A DNA stretch of 64,000 nucleotides from Squalus acanthias (lineage: Eukaryota), in NCBI GenBank assembly GCA_030390025.1, contig CM059431.1, positions 128,466,001 to 128,530,000 of the forward strand, in the 5' to 3' direction. The stretch's first letter is position 1. Each line of letters starts with the position of its first letter. The notes below the pieces were generated by a model that was given only the letters and a program-made list of their open reading frames with translations, was not told the origin of the DNA and made no database searches. Below, piece by piece: positions 24,684-38,588 of this stretch. Made by a program: the position numbers and the translations under genes.

Positions 24684-25040
24684 ATTGAAAGATGAGGTGC
24701 TGTTCCGTGAGCTTAAGTTGAGCTTCATTGGAACAGTGTAACAAGCCCAGGTCGGAGAGTTCAGAGTGGGAGTGAAGCGGAGAATTAATGTGACAGGCGA
24801 CGGGAAGCTGGGGGTCACGCTTGCGAACTGAATGGAGGTGTTCCGCAAAGTGGTTATCCAATCTGCTTTTCGTCTCCCCTGTGTAGAGGAGACCACGTCG
24901 TGAGCAGAGAATACCGTATACTAAATTGCAAAAAGTACAAGAAAATCGCTGTTTCACCTGGAAGGAGTGTTTGGGGCCCTGAACGGTGGGAAGGGAGAAG
25001 GTAAAAGGGCAGGTATTGCAACTCTTGCACTTGCATGGGA
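24684..25040 (-). mobile_element. Penelope-like element fragment (GIY-YIG endonuclease)
   Basis: LVYGILC...LYTGETKSRL..HFAEH...PVACH...EQHLIFQL. Confidence 0.8.
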
Positions 25041-27657
25041 AGCGATTTTGGTAAAAATAAGCAGAGTGCGTCAGGAAGGGACAGAGAGGTTAGCAAAGGT
25101 AATAGGGCATTACTGACTAAGGTGACATCTGGGAAAAATAGAAAAAAGTTAAAGCTAATGGCACTATACCTAATGTGCAAAGCAGCCACAGCAAAACAGA
25201 TGATTTAGTAACACAGAGAGAAATAAATGGATTTGATCTAATAGCCATTACAGAGACATGGTTGCAGAGTGACCAAGTTTGGGAACTAAATATTCCAGGA
25301 TATTTGACTTTTAGAAGAGATAGGCAAAACGGAAAAGGAGAGAGGGTATCCCTGATAATAAAGCATGGTATAAAGACAATAGAGAGAGAGGATCTTAGCT
25401 CCGAAAATCAAGATGTAGAATCAGTTTGGGTGGAGCTTAGAAACAACAAGGGGCAGAAAACACTGATGGGAGTAGTTTATAGGCCCCCTAACAGTAGTTG
25501 TAGTGTCAGGCAGGAAATTAGTGGTGCATGTAACAAGGGTAATACAATAATCATGGGGGACTTTAACCTTCATATAGACTAGGCAAACCAAATTTGCAGT
25601 AATAATGTGGAGGACGAGTCCATGGAATGCATTCAAGATAGTTTTCTAGATCAGTAAGTCAAGGAACCTACTAGGGAACAGGTTATTTTAGATCTGGTAT
25701 TGTGTAACGAGACAGGGTTAATTAATAACCTTGTAGTAAAGGAGCCTCTGGGGAAGAGTGATCATAAAATATCAGGTTTGAGAGTGATTTATTTAAGTCC
25801 GAAATTAGGGTCTTAAATCTGAACAAAGAAAACTACGTAGGTATAAAGGGTGAGTAGGCTAAGATAGATTGGGAAACTAGATTAAAAGATATGATCGTAG
25901 ATAAGCAATAGCAAACATTTTAAGAAATAATTCATAATTTGCAACAAATATACATTCCCTGAAGGAATTAAAACCCCACAGGACAAATGGTCCATCCGTG
26001 GCTAACAAGAGAAGTTAAAGATAATATTAGATTAAAGGAAGAGGCTTATAATGTTACCAAAAAGAGTAGTAAGCCGAAGGATTGGGAGGATTTTAGAATT
26101 CAGCAAAGGATAACCAATAAATTGATAATGTGAGAGAAAATAGAATGAGGTTACCTAACAAGAGATATAAAAACAGTTTGTAAAAGCTTCTATAGGTATG
26201 TAAAAAGGAATAGACCAGCAAAAGTAAATGTGGGTCCCTTACAGGCAGAAACAGGAAATATTATTATGGGGAATAAGGAAATGGCAGAGACATTAAACAA
26301 ATACTTTGTATCTGTCTTCACGGTAGAAGACACAAAAACATTCCGGAAATAGTGGGGAACCAAGAGACTAGTGAGAATAAGGAACTTAAGAAATTAGTAT
26401 TAGTAAAGAAACAGAACTGGAGAAATTCAGGGGACTAAAATCTGACAAATCCAATGGACCTGATGGCCTACATCCTAGGGGTTTAAAAGAGGTGACTATA
26501 GAGATCGTGGATGCACTGATTTTGATCTTCCAAATTCCCTAGATTTTAGAATGGTCCCTGTGGATTGGAAGGTAGCAAATGTAACCCTTCTATTCAAGAA
26601 AGGAGGAAGAGAGAAAACAGGGAATTATAGGTCAGTTAGCCTGGCATTAGTAGGGAAAATGCTAGAATCTATTATTAGGGATGTGGTAACAGGGTACTTA
26701 GAAAATCATAATATGATTGGGCAGAGTCAACACAGATTTATAGAAGGGAAATGGTGTTTGACAAATCTGTTAGAGGTGTTTGAGGTTGTAACTAGCAGGG
26801 TAGAAAAGGGGGAACCAGTGGATGTGGTGTATTCGGATTTTCAAAAAGCATTTGATAAGGTGCCAGACAAGAGGTTATTTCACTAAATTAGGGCTCATGG
26901 GATTGTGGGTAATGTATTAGCATGGATTGACAATTGGTTAATGGACAAAAGACAAAGAACAGGAATAAATTGGTCATTTTCGGGTTAACAGGCTATACCT
27001 GGTGGGGTACTGAAAGGATCAGTGCTCGGGCCTCAGCTATTTACAATCTATATCAATGACTTAGAGAAGCGGACCGAGTATAATGTATCCAAGTTTGCTG
27101 ATGATACAAAGCTAGGTAGGAAAGAAAATTGTGAACAGGATACAAAGAGGCTGCAAAAAAATATAGACTGTGATGTAAGAAAACTACTAGGCACTTGGTC
27201 TAAGTGTTAAACAAAGCTTTAATCAACATGGAGATCTAGTTGTGTTCTTCACTATTTCCTGTCGAGGAATGTCCTAAGCAAGCTGGGCTCATGCCCGAGT
27301 ATTTATACTCTCCCTGGACAGCGCCACCAGCAGGCCACCCAGTATTACTTCATACAAGATTCATGTCATTCTTCCCACCTGAAAGATTGGAAGTCCGGCT
27401 GCTTCCTTCTACCGAATTAGCCGGACTAAGAATAGACGCAGTCGTTTGGATTTCCGTTGGAGGCCGGAAGGCACGTCTCCTCGGACCGTGTTTTGGTCCC
27501 TGGGTCGCTTGGTTCGTACAGGCGGGCTGGCAGAGTCCGTGTTGCCTTGATCGACCTGAGGGGGACTGGGGAGATCGTGGCTCCGGGTGCAGGTCCCCAC
27601 CGGCGCAGAGCTGGCTTCATCCTGCTCAGTAGCCGGCGATTGACCGGTGTCCTGGCT

Positions 27658-30300
27658 TCAGGTGGCCATCCCACAGGGAGCGCACTGTTCCCCGGGTTGA
27701 TCCAGCGGAGTAGCTGGCAGATCCCTTGATGTCCCGGGCAGGGCGTCATCCTCGGAGGAGCGCGGAGTATCGGCGTCGTTAATACGGATCTCTCTATCGA
27801 TTGGGTCTGTGGGACCGGTTGGGCAGGGAGCCAGATCCCGAAGTGAAACTGTGGACTCTCGGCCATCAGGGTACCGCACGTACGCATATGTAGGATTGAC
27901 ATCCGTTAGTTCCACCTCGTCGACGAGGGGATCACTCTTGGAACATCGGACGAATCTTCGGAGCAGCACGGAGCCAGGAGCTGCCAACCATGATGGTAGG
28001 GACGTCCCATGAGTGGAGCGACGCTGGAACCCGAAGAATCGTTCGTGAGGAGTAACATTGGTGGATGTAGAAAGAAGAGACCTGATGGAATGCAACGCGT
28101 CAGGGAGCATAGTTTCCCACTGCTGGTCTGGTAGATTGCGTGACCTCAGTGCAAGACGAACAGCGTTCCAAATGATAGCATTGTATCTCTCAACCTGTCC
28201 GTTTCCAATAGGATGATACGGTGTCGTTTTACTTGTGGCGATTCCCCGTTGGGAAAGATAACTTTTGAGTTCGCTTGACATGAAGGTGGGACCCCGATCA
28301 GAGGGGATGAAATTGGCCATACCGCAAAGGGAAAAGACCTGATCGAGGCATTTGATCACTGTGGAAGTAAGCATATTGGGACAGGGGAAAGCAAAGGGAA
28401 AGTGTGAATATTCGTCCACCATAGTAAGCAAGTAGGTGTTTCGCGTTGAGGAAGGCAATGGCCCTTTAAAGTCAATGCTGAGTCGCTGCATAGGCTGTGT
28501 AGCGTGTATGAGTGAGCCATCCGACGGACGGAAGAATTGCGGTTTTAATTCCGCGCAAATTCTACAAGTGGAGCATGTTCTTTTCACGTCTTCTGTCGAA
28601 AATGGGAGATATTTAGATCGCACAAAGTGTAACATACGGGTAACGCCAGGATAGCATAAGTCAGTATGAAGATCCGCAAGAGTCGAAGTTGACATGGAAG
28701 AGCAGAATGCACGCGTGAGGGTATCCGGGGCCACATTCTCCTTGCCGGGTCGATACTGTATGGTGTAGCCAAAGGTGGCCAATTCCATCCTCCAGAGCTG
28801 TATTTTGTTATTCTTGATTTTAGTGCGTTTCCGGTTATCCAGCATAAAGGCCACAGAGCGCTGATCAGTTATGAGTGTAAAATGGCGACGAGCGAGAAAA
28901 TGACTCCATTTACGTACTGCTTCGATGATAGCCGTAGCCTCCTTCTCGACAGGAGGATAATGGAGCTCGCTACCCTGCAAACTTCTAGAAGGAAATGCAA
29001 CTGGTCGACCGTCTTGATTCAAGGTAGCCGAGATCGCCACCTCCGATGCATCGCACTCGACCACAAAAGGGAGATTTTCATCGGTGGAATGAAGCGCGGC
29101 TTTTTCCAGTTGTTGCTTGAGGAGGTCGAAAGCTGAAATAGCCCTCGCCTCCAATGGAAATGACTTCGCGTGAAGCAGGGGCTGGATCTTGTCAGAAAAG
29201 TGAGGTATCCACTTCGCATAATAGGCGAACATGCCGAGGGCCCGACGAAGAGAGCTGAGATTCGTAGGAGGAAGGAGTTCCTGAAGCGGACGAAGTCGCT
29301 CCGGATCCGGTTTGATGACACCATTGCCCACCCAGTAGCCAAGGATGTTGACTGATGGTACTGATTTCACAGATTTGGACTCATTTAAGGTTAAGTTGCG
29401 ACGACGGAGAACGTCAAGAAATTTCTGGAGGTTGGCATCATGCTCCTTCTGATCATGACCAGCAATGGTGATATTATCCAGATATGGAAAAGTGTCTGTT
29501 AAGTTCTCCTGTTTGACTAGGCTATCCATTGCCCGTTGAAAGACGGGCACCCTATTGGTGACCCCGAATGGAAGGCGACGAAACTGGTAAAGCCGACCAT
29601 TGGCCTCAAAAGCCGTATACGTTTTGTCAGAGTCCTTTAACGGTACTTGATGGTATGCGCTCTTTAAGTCAAAAGTTGAAAATACCTTGTAGTTAGCAAG
29701 GTTATTGACCATGTCATTGATGCGTGGTAGTGGGTAGGCATCCAGGTCGGTATACTGGTTAATAGTTTGCGAGTAATCGATGCAAAGACGTTTCTTGTGT
29801 TGCTTCAGAGGATTTTTAACAACAACGACATGAGCCCGCCAGGAAGATGAACATGGCTCAATGATACCATCAGCTAGAAGGTGAGAGATCTCTGCCTTGA
29901 TAAAGGATAGGTTATCTTCGCTGAAACGTCATGATTTAGTGGCTATGGGCTTACATCGGGGGGAAAGATTGGCAAACAAGGAGGGCTCATCGAGCGAAGC
30001 CGCCGAAAGTGCACAAAGCGGTACTTTGGAAATAGGAAGCTCCGGCTTTGATCCTCCAAACTCGAAAGTGAGTCTTTTGTGTTGTTTCTGGAAATCCTGT
30101 CCCAGAAGCACACCACTGCATAGGTTTTTGAGCACCCCGAGCCGGGTGGAGAAATAAGTGCGGCCATTGAGAATAAGGTCGACAAGACAAAAGCCGGAAG
30201 AGTTAGTGGTCAGTGTCGTCAGAGCCATTGCAATTTCCCTGTCCGATGGGTAAATATGCAATTTTAACTTACTGACAGCCTGCTCACTGATGAAGCTGTC
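27658..30300 (-). pseudogene. pol: Gypsy pol (partial PR, RT, RH, IN), stop at ~29929
   Basis: DLKSAYHQ, LPFG, YLDN, ECDAS, EKEATA, ITDQ, SIDFKGP, SDRG, GQVERYN. Confidence 0.9.
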
Positions 30301-30565
30301 AGTTGCTGAGCAAAAATTTCGTTTGGGGCCTTAACATATAGTTGCTGTAGTATTCTGATAGCGGAGTCAAGTTTACACAGTCTTCGATATAGTCAAACAC
30401 ATAAGGAGATACATAATTGGCAAGTATCTCTAACTGATCAGGAACATTCTCACCACACGCCCTGAGGTAGTTGCTGAAGGTACGATACCAGTGTTTCCAT
30501 ACCTTAGCAGTTGTAGGTGAATTCGGGTCCGAGTCAAGACGAGTGGGTCGGAGTAGTTTCTCCAT
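30301..30565 (-). pseudogene. gag: Gypsy gag N-terminal remnant
   Basis: MEKLLRPTRLDSDPNS...WKHWYRTFSNYL, then an abrupt junction to protease C-terminal sequence. Confidence 0.65.
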
Positions 30566-31264
30566 GATGGATTGATTATTATACCTGGTTCCCTTCCACT
30601 GTTTGAGTCGTAGCCGTCTGTTCCCAAAACTACTCAGAGCGTGGAGCAGGTCCAGTTGATTAAATTGACGTAAGAAAGCTACAATCAACTGTTTTTCAAC
30701 ATGGAGATCTAGTTGTGTCCTTCACTAGTTCCTGTCGAGGAATGTCCTAAGCAAGCTGGGCTCATGCCCGAGTATTTATGCTCTCCCTGGACAGCACCAC
30801 CAGCAGGCCGCCCAGTATTACTTCATACAAGATTCATGTCAGACTGGTTAAGTGAATGGGCAAGAACGTGGCAGATGGAATATAATGTGGAGAAATGTGA
30901 AGTTATCCACTTTGGTAGGAAAAATAGAAAAGCAGAATATTTTTTAAATGGTGAGTGACTGGGAAATGTTGGTATTCAGAGGGACCTGGGTGTCCTTGCA
31001 CACGAATCACAGAAAGTTAACATGCAGGTACAGCAAGCAATTAGGAAAACAAATGGTATGTTAGCCTTTATTACAAAAGTATTAGAGTGTAAGTGTAAAG
31101 CAGTCTTACTGAGCAGCCTTGGTGAGACCACACCTGGAGTACTCTGTATTGTTTTGGTCTCCTTAGCTACAGAAGGATATACTTGCTTTAGAGGGAGTGC
31201 AGCAAAGGTTCACTAGACTGATTCCTGGCTGTGGAGTCGAGAACTAGGGATCTTAGAATAAGGG

Positions 31265-31577
31265 ATAAAAACAGAAAATGCTGGGACGAGTCAGCAGGCC
31301 AGGCAGCATCCGTAGAGAGAGAAACAGAGTTAACGTTTCAGGTCGATGACCCTTCTTCAGAACTGGAAAAAATTGGAGATGTAACAGGTTTTTATGTAAG
31401 TGCCGGGGGGAGGGGAGGAAAAAACAAAAGAGAAGGTCTGTGATAGAATGGAAGGCAGGAGAGATTAGAAGACAAAAGGGATGATGGTGCAATGCAAAAG
31501 GAAATGGTAATGGGACAAGTTAAGAAACAAAAGATGACTCTAGATGAAGTGTAAATGGGAATGGCAGAATCATCAAC
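31265..31577. mobile_element. Penelope-like short insertion
   Basis: Flanked by 10-bp duplication AGAATAAGGG; AAAATGCTGG..CAGCAGG.CAGGCAGCATC start shared with 53004-53140. Confidence 0.6.
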
Positions 31578-32689
31578 AGAATAAGGGGTTGGCCATTTAG
31601 GACTGAGATGAGGAGAAATTTCTTCACTCAAGGTGTTGTGCGTCTTTGGAATTCTCTATCCCAGATGACTGTGGAGGCTCAGTCGTTGAGTATATTCAAG
31701 ACAAAGATCGATAGATTTTTGGATACTAAGGGAATCAAGGGATATGGGGCTAGTGTAGGAAGGTGGAGTTGAGGTAGGAGATCAGCCATGATCGTATTGA
31801 ATGGTGGAGCAGGCTCAATGGCCAAATGGCCTACTCCTGCTCTTATTTCTTATGTTCTTATGATGTCCTGGTGTCCTCCCAACATTCCCCCCTCAACCCA
31901 CACCATCAAAAAGATAATTTAGCTTCTCGCTGATTGTAAGAAGTGGCTGGTGCAGAATGCCTGCCACTTTTTGTCTATGTAACTGAAGTAATTCACTGTA
32001 TAAAACACTTTGAGACACTTCAACATGTTAAAGCACTATATAAATTCCAGTATTTCCTCATACATAAACCTGTACACTGCTATTGTATGGTACAGAGCAG
32101 ACTACTGTAAATTGTTCTGAAAATTGTGTGATTTGAACAATTTCTTTATGAAAAAGAGTTCCACTGTCTACAAACGATTCAATAAATGTAACCTCAGAAT
32201 CATTTCAGCCGTTAACTACCTCCTATCAATTTGACATAGGTTCCCAAGAACAACAAATTGCAGCTTCCTCCTCCAGCTCACTATGAACCGTGCTTACAGC
32301 AGCTGTGCCCTGTGCACGAGGGAGCTGTGTGCATGATTGGATTCAGTTTGATCACGTAGAATTCGTACCAGCAATGCAATGTACTTCAGTATCACTGACA
32401 CTTTCCAGAATAAAATTCACATTTTGGGAGCATGCGTACAAGCAGAGAAGTTCAAGACTTTTGAGTATTCACAAGCTGGGTATTCTGGCTGCTGCAGAAT
32501 TTTCATTTTAATATAATTGCTCATGTAAACACTTTCTCTACATTTTATTCCCTGCCTATTCCCTGTATTTTGCTCTTTAATTTATTTCCTTCTTTCCATG
32601 TTCTGTTTCTGTCCTTAGGTTTATTCTGCTCTTTAAATGATTTCCTCAATTTCAGACATTCCATCCAAATCTCATCCCATCTTTGTAGT

Positions 32690-35130
32690 TACAACAACAA
32701 TAACAACAACGTGCATTTATATAGTGCCTTTAGCTTATTAAAATGTCCCAAGGCGATTCACAGTAACGTTATCAAAAAAATTTGACACTGAGCCACGTAA
32801 GGAAATATTAGGACAGATGAGAGATAGGTTTTAAAGAGCGTCTTTAAAGAAAGAAAGACTTGCATTTATATAGCGCCTTTCATGACCACCGGACGTCCCA
32901 AAGCACTTTACAGCCAATGAAGTACTTTGTGAAGTGTAGTAACTGTTGTAATATGGGAAATGCGACAGCTAATTTGCGCACAGCAAGCTCCCACAAACAG
33001 CAATGTGATAATGACCAGATAATCTGTTTTAGTGATGTTGATTGAGGGATAACTATTGGCCAGGACACAGGGGATAACTCCACTGCTCCTCTTCGAAATA
33101 GTGCCATAGGATCTTTAACGTCCACCTGAGGGAGCAGACAGGGCCTTGGTTTAATGTCTCATCCGAAAGACGGCACCTCCGACAGTGCAGCACTCCCTCA
33201 GCACTGCACTGGAGTGTCAGCCTACATTTCTGTGCTCAAGTCTCTGGAGTGGGACTTGAACCCACAACAAGGAGGAGAGAGATGTAGAGAGGCACAGTGG
33301 TTTAGGGAGGAAATTCCAGAGTTCAGGGTCTAGGCAGCTGAAAGCAAGGCCACCTATGGTGGAGTGATTAAAATAGGGGATGCGCAAGAGATCAGAATTG
33401 GTGGAGCGCAGAGATCTCGGAGGGATGTAGGTCTGGAGGAGGCTACAAAGTTAGGGCGGGGAGAAGAATGAGAATTTTGAAATTGAGGCGTTGCTGGACT
33501 GGGAACTGATGTAGGTCAGCGAGCACAGGAATGATGGGTGAATGGGACTTGGTGCGAGCTAGGATATGGGCAGCAGAGTTTTGGATAAGCTCAAGTTGAT
33601 GCAAGATGGAAGATGGGAGGCTGGCCAGGAGAGCATTGGAATAGTCGAGTCTGGAGATAACAAAGGCATGGATGAGGGTCTCAGCAGCAGATGAGCTGAG
33701 GCAGGGGCGGAGATGGGCGATGTTACGGAGGTGGAGTAGGCAGTCTTGATGATGGAGTGTATAAGTTGTCGGTAGCTCATCTCAGGGTCAAATACAACAG
33801 CAAGGTTGCAAGTGGTCTGGTTCAGCCTCAGACAGGGAGAGGGATGGAGTTGGTGGCTAGCGAATGGAATTTATGGCGAGGACGGAAGACAATGGCTTTG
33901 GTCTTCCCAATATTTAATTGGCGGAATTTTCTACTCATCCAGTACTGATGCCAGACAAGCAGTCTGACAATTTGGAGGGGTTAAGAGAGATGGTGGTGAT
34001 GTAGAGCTGAGTGTCATCAGCATACATGTGGAACCTGATGTGTGTTTTTGGATGATGTCACCGAGGGGCAACATGGAGATGAGAAATAGGAGGGGTCCAA
34101 GGATAAATCCTTGGGGGACTCCAGAGGTAATGATGTGGGAGACAGAAGACAAACCATTTCAGTTAATTCTCTGGCTACAACAGGATAGATATGAATGGAC
34201 CCAGGCGAGTGCAGTCCCACCCAGCCGGACGACAGAGGGGAGGCGTTGGAGGAGGATGGTGTGGTTAATCATGTCAAAGGCTGCAGACAGGTCGAGAAGG
34301 ACAAGGAGGGATAATTTACCACGGTCACAGTCACATAGGATGTCATTTGTGACTTTGATAAGAGCCGTTGCATTACTGCGGCAGGGGCGAAAACCCAATT
34401 GGGGTGATTCAAACATGGAGTTCCGGGAAAGATGCACACGGATTTAGGAGGCAAAAGCATGTTCAAGGACTTTGGAGAGGGAAGGGAGGTTGGACATGGG
34501 GCAGTAGTGTGCAAGGACAGAGGGTTCCAGGATGGTTTTTTTCAGGAGAGGGGTGATGACGGTAGATTTAAAGGGGAGGGGGACGGTACCTGAGGAGAGA
34601 GAACCGTTAAAAATATCAGCTAACATGGGAGCCAGCAAGAGAAGTTGGGTGGTCAGCAGTTTGGTGGGACTAGGGTCAAGGGAGCAGGAGGTGGGTTTCA
34701 TGAACAAGATGAGCTCGGAGAGGGCATGAGGGGTGATACAAAACTAGAAAAGATGTGAGTTCAGGGCTCGGGCATGGGGGAACCTCAGAGGAAATTTGGC
34801 CCGGTGGGATAGGGGAAGGAAGGGAAATAGCAGAGGCAGCGAACGGATAGTCTCAATCTTAGTGACAAAGAAGTCCATGAACTCCTCACACTTGTTATTG
34901 GAGGTGAGGGTGGAGGAGGCAGGGGAGAGGAGTTTAAGAAGATGGTTTGCAGTGGAGAAAAGAAGCCGGGGGTTATCTTGGCATTCCAGGATGATACTGG
35001 AATAGTGAACAGTTTTGACAGAGGAGAGCAGGACCCGATAGTGGTTTATGTGGGTCAGCCATTTCTGGTGATGAATGGCTAAACCAGTTGTCCGCCATAA
35101 GCATTCAAGTCTACGTCCCTTCGACTTAAG
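32690..35130 (-). mobile_element. L2-type LINE (degenerate RT), interrupted by a SINE
   Basis: [28 protein letters not shown]; (CAA)n tail at 32690. Confidence 0.85.
32850..33268 (-). mobile_element. Deu-SINE-like (SacSINE1-like) SINE
   Basis: Minus-strand B-box GGTTCAAGTCC, core GCCGTCTTTCGGATGAGAC, L2-like 3' tail. Confidence 0.7.
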
Positions 35131-35140
35131 GAGTGGAAAT

Positions 35141-38100
35141 ACAGTGACATAGTGGTTATATTACTGGACTAGTAATCCAGAGACCCAGACTAATGATCTA
35201 GGAGGCAACAGTTCAAATCCCACCACAGCAGCTGAAGAATTTAAATTCAGTTAATTAAATAAATCTAGAATTTAAAATAAACTAGTATCATGAAACTAAT
35301 GGATTGTCGTAAAAACCCATCTGGTTCACTAATATCCTTTAGGGAAGGAATTCTGTCATACTTACCTGGTTCGGTCTATATGTGACTCCAGATCCACAGC
35401 AATGTGGTTGACTCTTAACCCTCTGACATGGCCTAGCAAGCCACTCAGTTGTATCAAACTGCTACGAAAAACAATAATAAGAATAACAGCGGATGGACCA
35501 CCTGGCATCGATCTAGGCACCAGGTTCGGACACAACAAAGGCACATTCAGCCCAGTCGACTGTGCAAAGTACTCCTCACTCACATCTGGGGAATTGTGCT
35601 AAAATTGGGAGAGCTGTCGCACAGACTAGTCAAGCAACAGCCTGGCATAGTCATACTCACAGAATTATACCTTTCAGCTAATGTCCCAGCCTCCTCTATC
35701 ACCTTCCCTTGGTATGTCCTGTCCCACCAGCAGGACAACCCACAGAGGTGGCGGCTCAGTGGTATACAGTCGGGAGGGAGTGGCCCTGGGAGTCCTCAAC
35801 ATTGACTCTGGACCCTATGAAGTCTCATGGCATCAGGTCAAACATGGGCAAGGAAATCTCCTGCTGATTACCACCTACCGCCCTCCCTCAGCTGATAAAT
35901 CAGTACTCCTCCATGTTGAACACCACCTGGAAGAAGCACTTAGGGTAGCAAGAGCACAGGTGGGGGACTTCAATGTCCATCACCAAGAGTGGCTCAGCAG
36001 CACCAATACTGACCAAGTTGGCCAAGTCCTGAAGGGCATAGCTGCCAGACTGGGCATGCGGCAAGTGGTGAGAGAACCAACACGAGGGAAAAACCGACTT
36101 GACCTCGTCCTCATCAATCTTCCTGTCTCAGATGCATCTGTCCATGGCAGTATTGGTAGGAATGACTACTGCACAGTCCTTGTGGAGACGAAGTCCCATC
36201 TTCAAACTGAAGACACCCTCCATCGTGATGTGTGGCACTACCACCATGCTAAATGGGATAGATTCAGAACAGATCTAGCAGCTCAAAACTGGGCATCCAT
36301 GAGGCGCTGTGGGCCATCAGCAGCAGCAGCAGAATTGTATTCCACCACAAACTCTACCATTGCTATCAAGCTACGGGAGAAACGCTGAATCAATGAGGCG
36401 TGTAGAAGAGTAAACCAGGAGCAGCACCAGGCATACCTAAAAATGAGGTGCCAACCTGGTGAAGTTACAACATAGGACTACATACATGCTAAACAGCAGA
36501 AGCAGCATGCTATAGACAGAGCTAAGCGATCCCACAACCAACGGATCAGATCAAAGCTCTGCAGTCCTGACACATCCAGTCGTGAATGGTGGTGGACAAT
36601 TAAACAACTAATGGGAGGAGGAGTCTCCATGAACACCTTCAGTGATGGCGGAGCCCAGCACGTGAGTGCATAAGACAAGGCTCAAGCGTTTGCAACCACC
36701 TTCAGCCAGAAATGCTTAGTGGATGATCCATCTTGGCCTCCTCCTGAGGTCCCCACAATCATATAACTCAGTCTTCAGCCAATTCGATTAATTCCACGTG
36801 ATGTCAAGAATTGACTGAACACATTGGATACAGCAAAGGCCATGAGCCCAACAACATCACGGCTGTAGTGCTGAAAGGCAGGACAAATCCAATCGGGCCA
36901 ATTACCGCCCATCAGTCTACTCTCAATCATCATCAAAGTGCTGGAAGGTGTCGTTGACAGTGCTATCAAGCAGCACTTACTCATCAATAACCTGCTCACC
37001 GATGCTCAATTTGGTTTCCGCTAGGACCACTCGATTCCAGACCTCATTACAGCCTTGGTCCAAACATGGACAAAGGAGCTGAATTCCAGAGATGAGGTGA
37101 GAGTGACTGGCCTTGACATCAAGGCAGCATTTGATTGAGTGTGGCATCAAGGAGCCCTAGTAAAATTGAAGTCAATGGGAATCAGGAGTAAACTCTCCAC
37201 CGGCTAGAGTCATACCTAGCACAAAGGAAAATGGTGGTGGTTGTTGGAGGCCAATCTTCTCAGCCCTAGGACATCACTGCAGGAGTTCCTCAAGACAGTG
37301 TCCTCGGCCAAACCATCTTCAGCTGCTTCATCAATGACCTTCCCTCCATCATGAGGTCAGAAGTAGGGATGTTCGCTACTGACTGCAGAGTGTTCAGTTC
37401 CATTCACAACTCCTCTGATAATGATTAATCCATGCCCGCATGCTACAAGACCTGGACAACATTCAGGCTTGGGCTGATAAATGGCAAGTAACATTCGTGC
37501 CACATAAGTGCCATGCAATGGCCATCTCCAACAAGAGAAAGTCTAACCACCGCCCTTTGACATTCAATGGCATTACCATCATTGGATCCCTCACTGGTAA
37601 CACCCTGGAGGTCATCATTGACCAGAAACTTAACTGGACCAGCCATATAAATACTGTGACTACAAGAGCAGGTCAGAGGCTGGGTATTCTGCAGCGAGTG
37701 ACTCAGCTCCTGACTCCCCAAAGCCTTTCCAGCATCTACAAGGCACAAGTCAGGAGTGTGATGGAATACTCTCCACTTGCCTGGATGAATGCAGCCCCAA
37801 CAACACTTGAGAAGCTCGACACCATCCTGGACAAAGCAGCCCGCTTGATTGGCACCCCATCCACCACCTTAAACATTAACTCCCTCCACCACCAGAGCAC
37901 TGTGGCTGCCATGTGTACCAGCTATAAGATCACTGCAGCAAGTCGCCAAGGCTTCTTTGACAGCACCTCCCAAACCTGCGACCTCTAACATCTGGAAGGA
38001 CAAGAGCCAGAGGCACATGGGAACACCATCACCTCCATGTTCCCTCCAAGTCACACACCATCCTGACTTGGAAGTATATTGCCGTTCCTTCTACGTTGCT

Positions 38101-38272
38101 TTGTCAAAATACTGGAACTCCCTACCTAAAAGCACTGTGGGAGTACCTTCACCACACCGACTGCTGTGGTTCAAGAAGGCAGCTCACGGCCACCTTCTCA
38201 AGGGCAATTAGGGATGGGCAATACATGCTGGCTTGCCAGCGACACCCACATCCCAGGAATGAATTTTTGAAA
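35141..38272 (+). mobile_element. Second CR1-clade LINE family (APE + RT, degenerate), preceded by a tRNA-like head
   Basis: TTYRPPS, VGDFNVHH, RLDLVL, DIKAAFD, YKAQVRSVMEYSPLAW; A/B-box-like motifs at 35145-35220. Confidence 0.8.
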
Positions 38273-38274
38273 AA

Positions 38275-38440
38275 GTTTATTAGGAGGCTATTCTTCACCA
38301 AGGAGGTGGTCACAGAACCCTGTCACCTCCTGCAACCAGACCTGCAGCCTCAGATCAGGGCGACCACGGCTCTCCCAAGGTCAGCTTGGCCCTCCATTTC
38401 TTGGCCAGCAGATCCTTCGAGTCGGCATCAGGAGACATAG
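38275..38440 (+). pseudogene. Harbinger transposase fragment
   Basis: FTKEVVTEPCHLLQPDLQPQ matches FSKEVVTELCHLLQPDLQPQ at ~11632. Confidence 0.75.
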
Positions 38441-38445
38441 CTAAC

Positions 38446-38588
38446 AGCACTGTGGGAGTACCTTCACCACATGGATTGCTGTGGTTCAAGAAGGCAGCTC
38501 AACACCATCTTCTCAAGGGCAATTAGGGATGGGTAATAAATGCTGGCGTTGCCAGTGACGCCCACATTCCATGAATGAATAAAAAAAA
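38446..38588 (+). mobile_element. 5'-truncated second copy of the 35141-38272 LINE 3' end
   Basis: Near-repeat of 38131-38270, ending ATGAATGAATAAAAAAAA. Confidence 0.8.

Larger units (their letters stand above)
27171..30841 (-). mobile_element. Ty3/Gypsy LTR retrotransposon, internally deleted
   Basis: LTRs 27171-27368 and 30666-30841 (TG...CA); 5-bp TSD GACTG; purine tract next to 27368; RT-RH-IN order. Confidence 0.93.
25041..31863 (+). mobile_element. CR1 LINE (degenerate ORF2), interrupted by Gypsy (27171-30841) and a 313-bp insert (31265-31577)
   Basis: IAITETW, IMGDFN, DFQKAFDKV, KFADD; tail TTCTTATGTTCTTATG at ~31850. Confidence 0.9.

Noticed and set aside
24439..24957. GIY-YIG/esterase fusion ORF
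   Set aside because: Chance in-frame junction of a Penelope fragment and a truncated CR1 ORF1
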